This document shows, piece by piece, positions 30,899-40,098 of a DNA stretch of 64,000 bases. Where the stretch lies: assembly GCA_041650995.1 (NCBI GenBank), contig JBAZJZ010000001.1:427302-491301 (forward strand), written 5' to 3'. Origin of the DNA: Patescibacteria group bacterium (lineage in GTDB: Bacteria; Patescibacteriota; Patescibacteriia; XYB2-FULL-38-15). The notes beneath the pieces were generated by a model. It worked only from the letters and a program-made list of their open reading frames with translations. It searched no databases and was not told the DNA's origin. Made by a program: the position numbers and the translations under genes. How positions within the stretch are numbered: position 1 is the stretch's first letter; every line of letters begins with the position of its first letter.

Positions 30899-33142
30899 AT
30901 GAAAAAAACAAAACGCCAAGATTTTTATCGCGTTCTCCTGATATTTTTTTCTTTCGCGTTTTTATTTTTTTCTAATCCTGTTTCAGCAAAAGAAGTCCCC
31001 TGCGAATACATCCCAAGGGACAGCAGCGGAAAAATCATTTACTTTGAGGGTACTGACGCCAACCACCAACCATGGAGTAGAGAAATGGAGGAAGCAGAAT
31101 GTTTGGCAAAATGCAGTAGTGAGTCGCCTACCGGCTTAAAATTCGACTGCGCTGGAGGGTGGAGCGGCGGCTTATTCGAAAAACCAACTGGCTGTGATCC
31201 TGCTCGCACAACATGCGGCCCGGTTATTAATCCAATTCTAACAGTTAATTGCAAATTTACACCAAGAAGACCAGACGGCTCAACGCTTGATGACGCCTGG
31301 GAGAGACTAACTCCTTCAGAGAGTGAATGCCGAAGTCTTTGTGCTGATAGTACAGTGCTCTGCTCAGTCACTTGCGGCACAATTATGGACACTCTCTGCT
31401 GCGACGAAACAAAAACAACTTGTGAAGCGACAGCTATTGCAGCGACCACCTCTTCGACCACTTCCCCCTATCAATTTGACTCCATAACTCCAAGTCTAGA
31501 AATTCCCCTGCCCACCCTTCCGAGTTTTTCTGAATTCACAGATCTGACTCTTCAGGGAGAGGCACCAAACAGATATCTCTGGATTCCTTGGATTGGCCAA
31601 TACATTGCTGCAATTTATAAATACGCGATTGGAATAGTAGGAGTTTTAGCTGGGATTATGATTGTAGTTGGAGGTCTTCTCTGGCTAACAGCCGGGGGGT
31701 CGGCTGAAAGAGTTTCCACGGCAAAAAGCTTTATTGAAAGTTCTTTGGTTGGCTTGGTTATTGCCCTGACTTCCTACATGTTGCTTTATGTCATAAACCC
31801 TAATTTGGTGGGGTTTGAGTCGTTGAAGGTAAAGTATGTTGAAAGGGTAACGCCCGAAGCGGGCGGAGGAGGAATGGAAGCAAGGGGTGAAATCACCTCA
31901 GGTGGTGCGGGATCTGCCCAGGCCTTCAGAGCTATAAGCTGCGATGGACTCGCAGAAAGCGGCGAAGAATTTGAAGCTTTTTTCACTTCTTATTATGTTC
32001 CTGCTCCTTACGGTAATCCTTCTGGTTATACAGGCATCGCTTCAAATGAAAGTACAGGTGCCCCTTTAAACGACTCTATGAAAGATTTCTTCTGCGCCGT
32101 GGCAATGGAGTGTTCTTGCCCCAATGGTGAGAAAGATCAATCATATAAATGTTACGCAAAAAGTGGCGTATTCGCCAAAGGCGGCGCGAGAAACGGCTGG
32201 TGGCCATGCAAAGCTTTTTCTCGAGATACAAGCTATTGCGGAACAAGCGATACTCTGCCTGACGGACAGCTTCGCCACCGTCCGGGAGAAACTGTTGCTG
32301 CGGATTGCAACTGCACTTCCCATCGCTCTGGCGACTGCAAAATTGAAATAACTTTACGAAATGGCAGTAAAAAAATATTACAAATTACCGATACGGGATC
32401 AGGTATTAGAGGCAGGCGATTTGATTTTTTCACTACCATCGGTGGGGAAAAATTAAGTGGTGTTTTTAAAGTAAAATTTCTGCCCGGATGCACTCCAGCC
32501 GGAGAATATGGCGTCCCCCGTGGCAGTGCTTGCACTTTTGCGGCGCCTCCTCCCGGTCCGCTTGGCCCCCAACCAGCCAGTGCGACGAGCACGACTAGTG
32601 AAGGAAAAATTGCTGTTATTGGCGATTCAATAACAGCTGATGGCACTCAATATCAAAGTTACCTGCGATCCAACTGCGTAGGAAAAACCATGGAAATTTT
32701 CGCGCAAGTGGGTCAACAAACTTCTTGGATGCTCGAACAATTTAGAAACAATGTTAAAGGCAAAGGATTTGACGGATTAATTATCCTGGGCGGAGTTAAT
32801 GATTTATCTAGCGGAAGAACTTCTTCTCAAATTCAAACTAATTTAAATGCTATTTATTCTGAAGCTAAAACAGACGGAATAAAAGTAACTGCTGTCACGG
32901 TCTTACCATGGAAAGACTATTCGAGATGGGATACCACCAAACAGACAAATACTGAAGCACTTAATCGCTGGATTCTCGGTTCGTCAGCTGACGTGAAGGT
33001 TAACGCCTATGCTGAATTCGGAGATTCAAGCGATTCGGCAAAACTAAAAAGTATTTATGATCCTGGAGATCATTTGCATCCTAACGCCGCTGGTTCAAGA
33101 AAATTGGGTGAAATCATTGTTAACGCAGGAGCCTGCAGGTGA
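30899..33142 (+). CDS. secreted multidomain protein: Cys-rich N-domain, VirB2/TrbC-like TM hairpin, 3D (MltA-like) domain, SGNH/GDSL hydrolase
   Basis: Signal peptide ...VSA|KE. TM hairpin IVGVLAGIMIVVGGLLWLTAGGSAERVSTAKSFIESSLVGLVIALTSYMLLYVI. 3D-domain-like PGETVAAD...ITDTGSGIRGRRFDFFT. SGNH blocks GDSITADG, GGVNDL and DHLHP. Confidence 0.6.
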   Translation: MKKTKRQDFYRVLLIFFSFAFLFFSNPVSAKEVPCEYIPRDSSGKIIYFEGTDANHQPWSREMEEAECLAKCSSESPTGLKFDCAGGWSGGLFEKPTGCDPARTTCGPVINPILTVNCKFTPRRPDGSTLDDAWERLTPSESECRSLCADSTVLCSVTCGTIMDTLCCDETKTTCEATAIAATTSSTTSPYQFDSITPSLEIPLPTLPSFSEFTDLTLQGEAPNRYLWIPWIGQYIAAIYKYAIGIVGVLAGIMIVVGGLLWLTAGGSAERVSTAKSFIESSLVGLVIALTSYMLLYVINPNLVGFESLKVKYVERVTPEAGGGGMEARGEITSGGAGSAQAFRAISCDGLAESGEEFEAFFTSYYVPAPYGNPSGYTGIASNESTGAPLNDSMKDFFCAVAMECSCPNGEKDQSYKCYAKSGVFAKGGARNGWWPCKAFSRDTSYCGTSDTLPDGQLRHRPGETVAADCNCTSHRSGDCKIEITLRNGSKKILQITDTGSGIRGRRFDFFTTIGGEKLSGVFKVKFLPGCTPAGEYGVPRGSACTFAAPPPGPLGPQPASATSTTSEGKIAVIGDSITADGTQYQSYLRSNCVGKTMEIFAQVGQQTSWMLEQFRNNVKGKGFDGLIILGGVNDLSSGRTSSQIQTNLNAIYSEAKTDGIKVTAVTVLPWKDYSRWDTTKQTNTEALNRWILGSSADVKVNAYAEFGDSSDSAKLKSIYDPGDHLHPNAAGSRKLGEIIVNAGACR
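30991..31845 (+). repeat. 855-bp perfect direct repeat, copy A, shared 5' module of the tandem paralogs
   Basis: Repeat ends compared base by base. The encoded 285 aa and the antisense ORFs 31039-31461 and 33294-33716 are identical to copy B. Confidence 0.85.
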
Positions 33143-33159
33143 GAGATTAAATTAAAAAT

Positions 33160-34863
33160 ATGATAAAATACCGCCGCAAAATTTTCCTGCTTATTTTTTT
33201 AATTCCTTTTTTATTTATATTTTTTTATGAGACAACTTCAGCGGTAGAAGTCCCCTGCGAATACATCCCAAGGGACAGCAGCGGAAAAATCATTTACTTT
33301 GAGGGTACTGACGCCAACCACCAACCATGGAGTAGAGAAATGGAGGAAGCAGAATGTTTGGCAAAATGCAGTAGTGAGTCGCCTACCGGCTTAAAATTCG
33401 ACTGCGCTGGAGGGTGGAGCGGCGGCTTATTCGAAAAACCAACTGGCTGTGATCCTGCTCGCACAACATGCGGCCCGGTTATTAATCCAATTCTAACAGT
33501 TAATTGCAAATTTACACCAAGAAGACCAGACGGCTCAACGCTTGATGACGCCTGGGAGAGACTAACTCCTTCAGAGAGTGAATGCCGAAGTCTTTGTGCT
33601 GATAGTACAGTGCTCTGCTCAGTCACTTGCGGCACAATTATGGACACTCTCTGCTGCGACGAAACAAAAACAACTTGTGAAGCGACAGCTATTGCAGCGA
33701 CCACCTCTTCGACCACTTCCCCCTATCAATTTGACTCCATAACTCCAAGTCTAGAAATTCCCCTGCCCACCCTTCCGAGTTTTTCTGAATTCACAGATCT
33801 GACTCTTCAGGGAGAGGCACCAAACAGATATCTCTGGATTCCTTGGATTGGCCAATACATTGCTGCAATTTATAAATACGCGATTGGAATAGTAGGAGTT
33901 TTAGCTGGGATTATGATTGTAGTTGGAGGTCTTCTCTGGCTAACAGCCGGGGGGTCGGCTGAAAGAGTTTCCACGGCAAAAAGCTTTATTGAAAGTTCTT
34001 TGGTTGGCTTGGTTATTGCCCTGACTTCCTACATGTTGCTTTATGTCATAAACCCTAATTTGGTGGGGTTTGAGTCGTTGAAGGTAAAGTATGTTGAAAG
34101 AATCCCTACCAACGAAATTGTAAGTAACCTTTTAAGTACAACTGAGACTTTCACGGGAGATCCTGAGTCGAATAGACCTGCCCCGCAATCGTTTCCTGAC
34201 TGCCCAATTGACCTTAGCGCCCCCCATGTCGAAGGCGAGGGACCGAATAATCCTCGCGCACAAGAATTTAAACAAAAAATAATGACTGTAATAACAGGGG
34301 TAACCCCAAGAGAGAAAGTTGTGCAACTTGCCCAAGCAGCTTTAAAATGCGGAGTAACACTCGGAAGCTGTGGAAAATTTAGTGAAAATATTAATGCTCT
34401 AGCCGGAATCTCCGGTAGAGGAAGTTCTCTTCATGAAATTACTGGAGATCAAATGAAATTCTTATGTAAACTAAATTGTGGGGATCGTCCTGGCGTAAGT
34501 AATATTTGTGTTTCCCCCAGAGAAGCTCCTTGTCTTTCCGAAGCTAGAAGCATTCCGACCGCAGAAAAGAAAAAAACCGTCTACGATAAATTAAAAAATG
34601 AAATCTCGGGAAGTAGGGGTTGCGCCACAACATGGCCGGACTGCTGGGCAAACGATTTAGAGATAGGCGATTCATTTGTGATTTTCAACGCTAATTCCGA
34701 TCCGCCAGGCAATCATACAGCAATTTTCTTAGGGTGGGCTTCTGAGGGAAAGGCATACACGATTAATGGTGCCGCCGGAAGAGTTCCGTGGGAACATGCT
34801 TGGTGTATAAAAAGTACCTGTCCTAACCCATATCCTCTCGTAAGGGTTTATAAAGCTCAATAA
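33160..34863 (+). CDS. secreted paralog: same Cys-rich N-domain and TM hairpin, different C-terminal CHAP/NlpC-P60-like domain
   Basis: The N-terminal 310 aa are identical to the upstream gene except the signal peptide. The C-terminus has candidate catalytic Cys (GSCGKF) and His (GNHTAIFLGW), typical spacing for CHAP-type amidases/peptidases. Confidence 0.5.
   Translation: MIKYRRKIFLLIFLIPFLFIFFYETTSAVEVPCEYIPRDSSGKIIYFEGTDANHQPWSREMEEAECLAKCSSESPTGLKFDCAGGWSGGLFEKPTGCDPARTTCGPVINPILTVNCKFTPRRPDGSTLDDAWERLTPSESECRSLCADSTVLCSVTCGTIMDTLCCDETKTTCEATAIAATTSSTTSPYQFDSITPSLEIPLPTLPSFSEFTDLTLQGEAPNRYLWIPWIGQYIAAIYKYAIGIVGVLAGIMIVVGGLLWLTAGGSAERVSTAKSFIESSLVGLVIALTSYMLLYVINPNLVGFESLKVKYVERIPTNEIVSNLLSTTETFTGDPESNRPAPQSFPDCPIDLSAPHVEGEGPNNPRAQEFKQKIMTVITGVTPREKVVQLAQAALKCGVTLGSCGKFSENINALAGISGRGSSLHEITGDQMKFLCKLNCGDRPGVSNICVSPREAPCLSEARSIPTAEKKKTVYDKLKNEISGSRGCATTWPDCWANDLEIGDSFVIFNANSDPPGNHTAIFLGWASEGKAYTINGAAGRVPWEHAWCIKSTCPNPYPLVRVYKAQ
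33246..34100 (+). repeat. 855-bp perfect direct repeat, copy B
   Basis: Identical to 30991-31845. Divergence begins right after GTTGAAAG. Confidence 0.85.
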
Positions 34864-34882
34864 ATCTTACTAAAATAAAAGG

Positions 34883-36265
34883 ATGCCCATAAAATCTCTA
34901 ATTTACGAGTGTTCCAAATGCGGAGCTCAATCCACTAAGTGGGCTGGGCGGTGTTTGGAATGCGGTGCATGGGGAACCTTGGCGGAAGTAATGAAATCTG
35001 AAAACCAGAAAACACGAGAATCGGAAAAAATGCCAATGGGCAGAGTTATCAATTTTAATGAGGTTACGGGAAAAGATTTTGCGCGGATTAAAACCGGCAT
35101 TAATGAACTGGATCAAGTTTTGGGCGGCGGGATTGTTCCTGGATCGCTCATACTTCTAGGCGGCGAACCGGGAATCGGAAAATCTACGCTTGTGGCGCAA
35201 ATGGCTGCGGTCGCAAAAAATGGAAACACTCTTTATGTTTCCGGCGAAGAATCTGCCGAACAAATAAAAATGCGTCTGGACCGACTAGCGTTAAAAACTA
35301 GTTCACTCCAATTTTTGGGTGAAACAAATATTGATATGATTTGCCGAACTATAGAAAAATTAAAACCTGTCATGGCGATAATTGATTCAATCCAAACAAT
35401 GGCCACTCCCGATCTTCCTTCCGAGGCTGGCAGTGTAAATCAAGTCCGCGCCTGCACCGTAAAACTTCTTGAAGTCGCCAAAAAAAATAATATTCCGATT
35501 TTCATAATTGGCCATGTTACGAAAGAAGGCCAAGTCGCCGGACCAAAAACTTTAGAACACTTGGTTGATACTGTCCTCTATCTTGAAGGCGATCGCTTTC
35601 ATGCTTACAGGCTACTGCGCACCGTAAAAAATAGATTTGGCGGAACAGACGAAGTGGGAATTTTTGAAATGCAATCGGGCGGTCTCCAGGAAGTTAAAAA
35701 TCCGTCGGCAATTTTTCTTGAAGAACGTGACGAGGAAATCGCCGGCTCGGCCACGACTTGCGTCATTGAAGGTTCGCGGCCATTGCTCGTTGAAATTCAA
35801 TCGCTTGTTTCCCGCACGTATTTTGGATATCCGCAACGCCGTTCCGGCGGTTTTGATTTAAACCGGCTGCAGTTACTTCTCGCGGTTTTAGGAAAAAGAG
35901 CGGGAATAAATTTGGGGACGCACGACGTTCATTTAAATGTCGCTGGAGGCTACAAAATCCAGGAACCGGCCTGCGATTTAGCCGTCGTGCTCGCTGTGGC
36001 ATCAGCTTTTAAAAACAAACCTCTTCCGCGCGAAATGCTCGCTTTTGGCGAAGTTGGTTTGGGAGGTGAAGTCCGCGCTGCCGGCCAAATTGAAAAAAGA
36101 ATAAATGAGGCGGAAAAAATGGGATTTAAAGAAATTCTGGCGCCGAATTTTAAACAGCCGGTTAAAGGACAAATAAAAATTACAAAAATAAAAAATATCG
36201 CCGAAGCAATAAGATATCTTCATCTTGAAGGAAAAAACACTGAAGAAAAAAATGAAGAAAATTAA
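34883..36265 (+). CDS. radA: DNA repair protein RadA/Sms
   Basis: N-terminal zinc ribbon CSKCGAQSTKWAGRCLECGAWGT, Walker A GGEPGIGKST, KNRFG motif, Lon-like C-domain. Confidence 0.9.
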   Translation: MPIKSLIYECSKCGAQSTKWAGRCLECGAWGTLAEVMKSENQKTRESEKMPMGRVINFNEVTGKDFARIKTGINELDQVLGGGIVPGSLILLGGEPGIGKSTLVAQMAAVAKNGNTLYVSGEESAEQIKMRLDRLALKTSSLQFLGETNIDMICRTIEKLKPVMAIIDSIQTMATPDLPSEAGSVNQVRACTVKLLEVAKKNNIPIFIIGHVTKEGQVAGPKTLEHLVDTVLYLEGDRFHAYRLLRTVKNRFGGTDEVGIFEMQSGGLQEVKNPSAIFLEERDEEIAGSATTCVIEGSRPLLVEIQSLVSRTYFGYPQRRSGGFDLNRLQLLLAVLGKRAGINLGTHDVHLNVAGGYKIQEPACDLAVVLAVASAFKNKPLPREMLAFGEVGLGGEVRAAGQIEKRINEAEKMGFKEILAPNFKQPVKGQIKITKIKNIAEAIRYLHLEGKNTEEKNEEN

Positions 36266-36845
36266 AAAAGATTTTTATAATAGAAAAACATTAAAAGTTG
36301 CCCGGGAAATCCTGGGTAAATTTTTAGTTATAAAAATTGACAATAAAATAATCGCCGGAAAAATTGTGGAAACCGAGGGCTATGTCGGACCGAGTGATTT
36401 AGCTTCACACGCCTCCCGAGGAAAAACAGCCCGCACCGCACCGATGTTTGGCCCTCCCGGCCATGCTTATATTTATTTGGTTTACGGATTAAATTATTGT
36501 TTTAACATCGTCACGGAAAAAGAAAATTACCCGGCCGCGGTTTTAATCCGCGCCATAGAGCCGGCAGAGGGTATTGATTTAATGAAAAAAAACCGCAAGA
36601 TAAATACTCCTACTTTTAATTTAACTAACGGCCCGGGAAAACTTTGCCAGGCATTTAAAATTGATAAAACATTAAACGCGCTAGATCTTACCAAAAATAT
36701 TTTATGGATTGAAGACCGCGGCGTAAAATTAAAAAAATCTGAAATTTTTTCTGCGAAAAGAATCGGCGTAGATTACGCCGGAAAATATAAAAATAAACCC
36801 TGGAGGTTTTATATCAAGGGCAACCCATTTGTCTCGAAAATATAA
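36225..36845 (+). CDS. mpg: DNA-3-methyladenine glycosylase (Mpg/AAG family)
   Basis: KTLKVAREILGKFLV...IVETEGY...FGPPGHAYIYLVYG motifs. The start is ambiguous between 36225 and 36252 and overlaps the radA 3' end. Confidence 0.7.
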   Translation: MKEKTLKKKMKKIKKDFYNRKTLKVAREILGKFLVIKIDNKIIAGKIVETEGYVGPSDLASHASRGKTARTAPMFGPPGHAYIYLVYGLNYCFNIVTEKENYPAAVLIRAIEPAEGIDLMKKNRKINTPTFNLTNGPGKLCQAFKIDKTLNALDLTKNILWIEDRGVKLKKSEIFSAKRIGVDYAGKYKNKPWRFYIKGNPFVSKI

Positions 36846-36846
36846 A

Positions 36847-38895
36847 CTATTCCAGATGAACTTTTTCTAAAAAATTACCTAATTTATCACGAAGGTCCGG
36901 ATATTTCACCAAATCCGGATCTTTTTTTATAAAATTTTCCGCCGCCGCCTTAGCTTCTTTTATAATCGCGTAATCCGTGAGTGTCGCGATTTGTAAGTCC
37001 GGCATCCCCGATTGCCTAACCCCCCAAACTTCTCCAGGACCGCGAAATTCTAAATCTTTCTCTGCCAGGGCAAACCCATCATTACAAGTCGTCATTACGA
37101 GTAATCTTCTAGCTGCTTCTTCACTATCACTATCCGAAAATAAAAAACAATATGACTGGAAATCTGAACGGCCTACTCTCCCCCGAAACTGGTGCAATTG
37201 GGCCAGGCCAAATCGCTCGGCCCCCTCAATCATCATAATTGTCGCGTTTGGAACATCAACACCCACTTCCACAACCGACGTGGAAACCAAAATATTTATT
37301 TTATTTTCTAAAAATTCTCTCATTGTTTTTTCTTTATCTTCTGATTTCATTTTTCCGTGCAAAAGACCTATTTTCAATTCCGGAAAAATTTCCTGGCTCA
37401 ACTTTTTATATTCTTCCTTCGCTGATTTAACTCCTAACTTGTCGGATTGATCAATTAACGGACAAATCACAAAAACTTGCCGACTATCTTTTATTTCTTT
37501 TCTGATAAAATTGTAAGCCGCGTTTCTTTTTTCCGGAGACACAACTTTAGTCAAAATTTTCTTTCGTCCAACTGGCAATTCCTTTATGACTGAAACATCC
37601 AAGTCGCCGTAAAAAACTAAAGACATTGTTCTTGGAATCGGCGTAGCGGTCATGGAAAGGAAGTGCGGACTTTCTTTATCGCCTTTCAGGGCTTGCCGCT
37701 GTTTTACGCCAAAACGGTGCTGTTCATCAACAATCGCCAAACCTAACTTATCAATTTTAACATCATCTTGAATCAACGCGTGCGTGCCGATAATAAGATC
37801 TGAATTATTAATAATAAATTCCGTATCATTATTTTTTTCTGTCTCACAATTTATTTTCTTTTCACTACGAGTTACCAAACCAATTTTTAAATTACTAAAC
37901 AATTTACAAAAAGTATTAAAATGCTGTTTCGCTAAAATTTCCGTCGGGGCCATTAAAATTGTCCTGTACCCGTTTAGAAAAACATTCAAAATAGCTATTG
38001 CCGCCACCACCGTTTTACCAGAACCAACGTCCCCTTCCAAAAGACGATTCATCGGCTTCCCCGCCCCCATATCCTGTAAAATTTCCCAAGCGGCCTGGCG
38101 TTGACCATTAGTTAATTTAAAGGGCAGGCCCGCAGTAAATTTTTTTGTTTTTTCCTCCTGGAAAGAAATCCTCGGCGCTACACTTTTTTGTAAATTATTT
38201 TTTAGCAATAAATTTTGCAGCTGGACTAAAAACAATTCGTTGAATTTAAGACGATGGCGGGCAGCCTTTACCAGATCAACACTTTCCGGAAAATGAATCT
38301 GCTTCAAAGTCCGATTTAAATCAATCAGCCTAAATTCCTTTCTAATTTCCGCGGGCAGCCAATCACGAATCTTAAGGGCCAATGGCGCGATTAATTTAAC
38401 TAAAAATCTTAATTGCTTATTGGTTAAATTTTCCGTTGTGCCATAAACCGGAACAATTCTCGCCGTATGAATCGCCTCCCCAACCGCTCCAACTTTTTCG
38501 TATGATGGAGAAGTTAAGTGTATTCCAAAACGATCAAAATCAACCTTGCCCGACAAAAATATTTCATCTCCCACTTTCAAAATTTTTGTGAGAAATGGCT
38601 GGTTAAACCAAACAACTTTAATTGACCCCGAATTATCAGAAACCAGGGCTTCGGTAATATTTTTTCTTTTATGAAAGCTTCTCGTATTTTTTATTAACTC
38701 CACTGTCCCCCGACAAGTCCCCGCTGAACCATAAGTCATCTGGCTGATCGGCAAAATTTTACTCCAATCTTCATACCGGAAAGGAAAATAAAAAAGAAGG
38801 TCTTCGGCAGTTCGGAGACCTAAATTTTGTAATTTTTTTGATGTCGCCTTTCCAACCCGTAGCAGATTCTCCACTGGCGTTTCCAGGGTAATCAT
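36847..38895 (-). CDS. recG: ATP-dependent DNA helicase RecG
   Basis: Wedge domain, DEAD-like helicase motifs GDVGSGKT and DEQHRFG, 682 aa. Confidence 0.9.
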   Translation of the reverse strand: MITLETPVENLLRVGKATSKKLQNLGLRTAEDLLFYFPFRYEDWSKILPISQMTYGSAGTCRGTVELIKNTRSFHKRKNITEALVSDNSGSIKVVWFNQPFLTKILKVGDEIFLSGKVDFDRFGIHLTSPSYEKVGAVGEAIHTARIVPVYGTTENLTNKQLRFLVKLIAPLALKIRDWLPAEIRKEFRLIDLNRTLKQIHFPESVDLVKAARHRLKFNELFLVQLQNLLLKNNLQKSVAPRISFQEEKTKKFTAGLPFKLTNGQRQAAWEILQDMGAGKPMNRLLEGDVGSGKTVVAAIAILNVFLNGYRTILMAPTEILAKQHFNTFCKLFSNLKIGLVTRSEKKINCETEKNNDTEFIINNSDLIIGTHALIQDDVKIDKLGLAIVDEQHRFGVKQRQALKGDKESPHFLSMTATPIPRTMSLVFYGDLDVSVIKELPVGRKKILTKVVSPEKRNAAYNFIRKEIKDSRQVFVICPLIDQSDKLGVKSAKEEYKKLSQEIFPELKIGLLHGKMKSEDKEKTMREFLENKINILVSTSVVEVGVDVPNATIMMIEGAERFGLAQLHQFRGRVGRSDFQSYCFLFSDSDSEEAARRLLVMTTCNDGFALAEKDLEFRGPGEVWGVRQSGMPDLQIATLTDYAIIKEAKAAAENFIKKDPDLVKYPDLRDKLGNFLEKVHLE

Positions 38896-38938
38896 TTTTA
38901 TAATCCTTTTTAATTCAGATTAGTTCTATGCGCCCGCG

Positions 38939-39010
38939 AGGAATCGAACCTCGATCACAAGCTCCGCAAGCTTGTACTCTATCCGTTGAGCTACGGGCGC
39001 AAAAAAATAA
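38939..39010 (-). tRNA. tRNA-Arg (anticodon read as GCG)
   Basis: Cloverleaf folded manually: acceptor GCGCCCG/CGGGCGC, anticodon stem CAAGC/GCTTG, loop TTGCGGA, T-loop TTCGATT. Confidence 0.6.
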
Positions 39011-39216
39011 TCTCAACTAAACAAAATGCCTTTATCTATTTAAACAAAAAAGATGATTTTTGTCCATCACATACAAAATCTGGTTTTTAGCGCTACGTTC
39101 ATTGGATCTTACAAAAATTTCACTGGACCCTACGGACAATTTACTTAGAACCAAATTTTGTACGTGATCCAATCAAAGAACGAGCCGCCAAGGCTCGTCT
39201 TTTAGTTTAAATGCAA

Positions 39217-39711
39217 TTAAATTTTTAAAAATCTTTCGTATTCCTCGGATAATGGTTCGCGCTCTTCATCCAAATTTTCCGCCAGATACTTTAAAAGAAT
39301 TTCTCTTACTCTGACTGGATTTTGGTTGTTGAGAGGAATTGATAATCTCGACCTCAAACCTTTTAAGTTAAAATACAAATTTTTTACTTCCGGCGGTTCG
39401 TAAATAATGTAAAAACAAACAAAATCTTTCCAAGTATGAAATTTTTTTCCGACGCCAATCCCCTTTTCAGAAATATTAAAATCGATTTCCATCGGCTCCT
39501 CGCGCGCCCGAATAAAAATAATTACCGCTGCTAAAATCAAAATAACCGCAAAAAGAAAATCTAACGTATAAATAGCGTACAACAAAAGCAACGCAAGCAC
39601 TATCCCCGCCCAAAGATACCAGTGACGACCTCTTTCGTGCTTAGTGTATTCGGGTATTTTCCACCCGGCTAAAATTGCACCATATTCTACATTTTTTGTT
39701 TCTTCGGACAT
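39217..39711 (-). CDS. membrane protein of unknown function
   Basis: 164 aa with two central TM helices. Confidence 0.4.
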   Translation of the reverse strand: MSEETKNVEYGAILAGWKIPEYTKHERGRHWYLWAGIVLALLLLYAIYTLDFLFAVILILAAVIIFIRAREEPMEIDFNISEKGIGVGKKFHTWKDFVCFYIIYEPPEVKNLYFNLKGLRSRLSIPLNNQNPVRVREILLKYLAENLDEEREPLSEEYERFLKI

Positions 39712-39744
39712 ATTTTTATCAGCTAATCAAAATAAAACAGAAAA

Positions 39745-39764
39745 CGGAGAGGGAGGGATTCGAA
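39745..39764 (-). other. orphan duplicate of the 3' terminal 20 nt of tRNA-Ser(GCT) (tRNA 3' fragment)
   Basis: CGGAGAGGGAGGGATTCGAA plus the preceding AAAA are identical to 39866-39885 and the flank of the intact tRNA ~120 bp away. The upstream part does not fold as a tRNA. Confidence 0.6.
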
Positions 39765-39865
39765 GGCCCCTCGGTGCGCAAGCGCCCATAAAGGACTTGC
39801 GGGGCGCGGTTTCTTCCCGATCCCTCAGGTTTTTTGAAATCTGCCTGAAGACAAATTTCAAAAAA

Positions 39866-39956
39866 CGGAGAGGGAGGGATTCGAACCCTCGATACGGACT
39901 TTCGACCGTATAACGGTTTAGCAAACCGCTGCCTTCAGCCGCTCGGCCACCTCTCC
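39866..39956 (-). tRNA. tRNA-Ser(GCT)
   Basis: Acceptor GGAGAGG, anticodon loop TTGCTAA, long variable arm, T-loop TTCGAAT. Confidence 0.8.
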
Positions 39957-39967
39957 ACTTCAAGGCA

Positions 39968-40057
39968 TGGCGGAGAGGGTGAGATTCGAACTCACGGTCC
40001 CCTTGCGAGGACTCCGGTTTTCAAGACCGGTGCAATAGTCCACTCTGCCACCTCTCC
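39968..40057 (-). tRNA. tRNA-Ser(TGA) with genomically encoded CCA
   Basis: Acceptor GGAGAGG, anticodon loop CTTGAAA, long variable arm, 3' ...CCTCTCCGCCA. Confidence 0.8.
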
Positions 40058-40098
40058 ATACCAGATGGGATCAATTTATCATCTTTTTCTTAAAATGT

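Noticed and set aside
31039-33716. Identical 140-aa minus-strand ORFs at 31039-31461 and 33294-33716.
   Set aside because: They are antisense shadows of the duplicated 855-bp coding repeat, not independent genes.
39644-39963. Plus-strand 89-aa and minus-strand 78-aa ORFs.
   Set aside because: They run across two tRNA-Ser genes and the tRNA fragment, so they are spurious.
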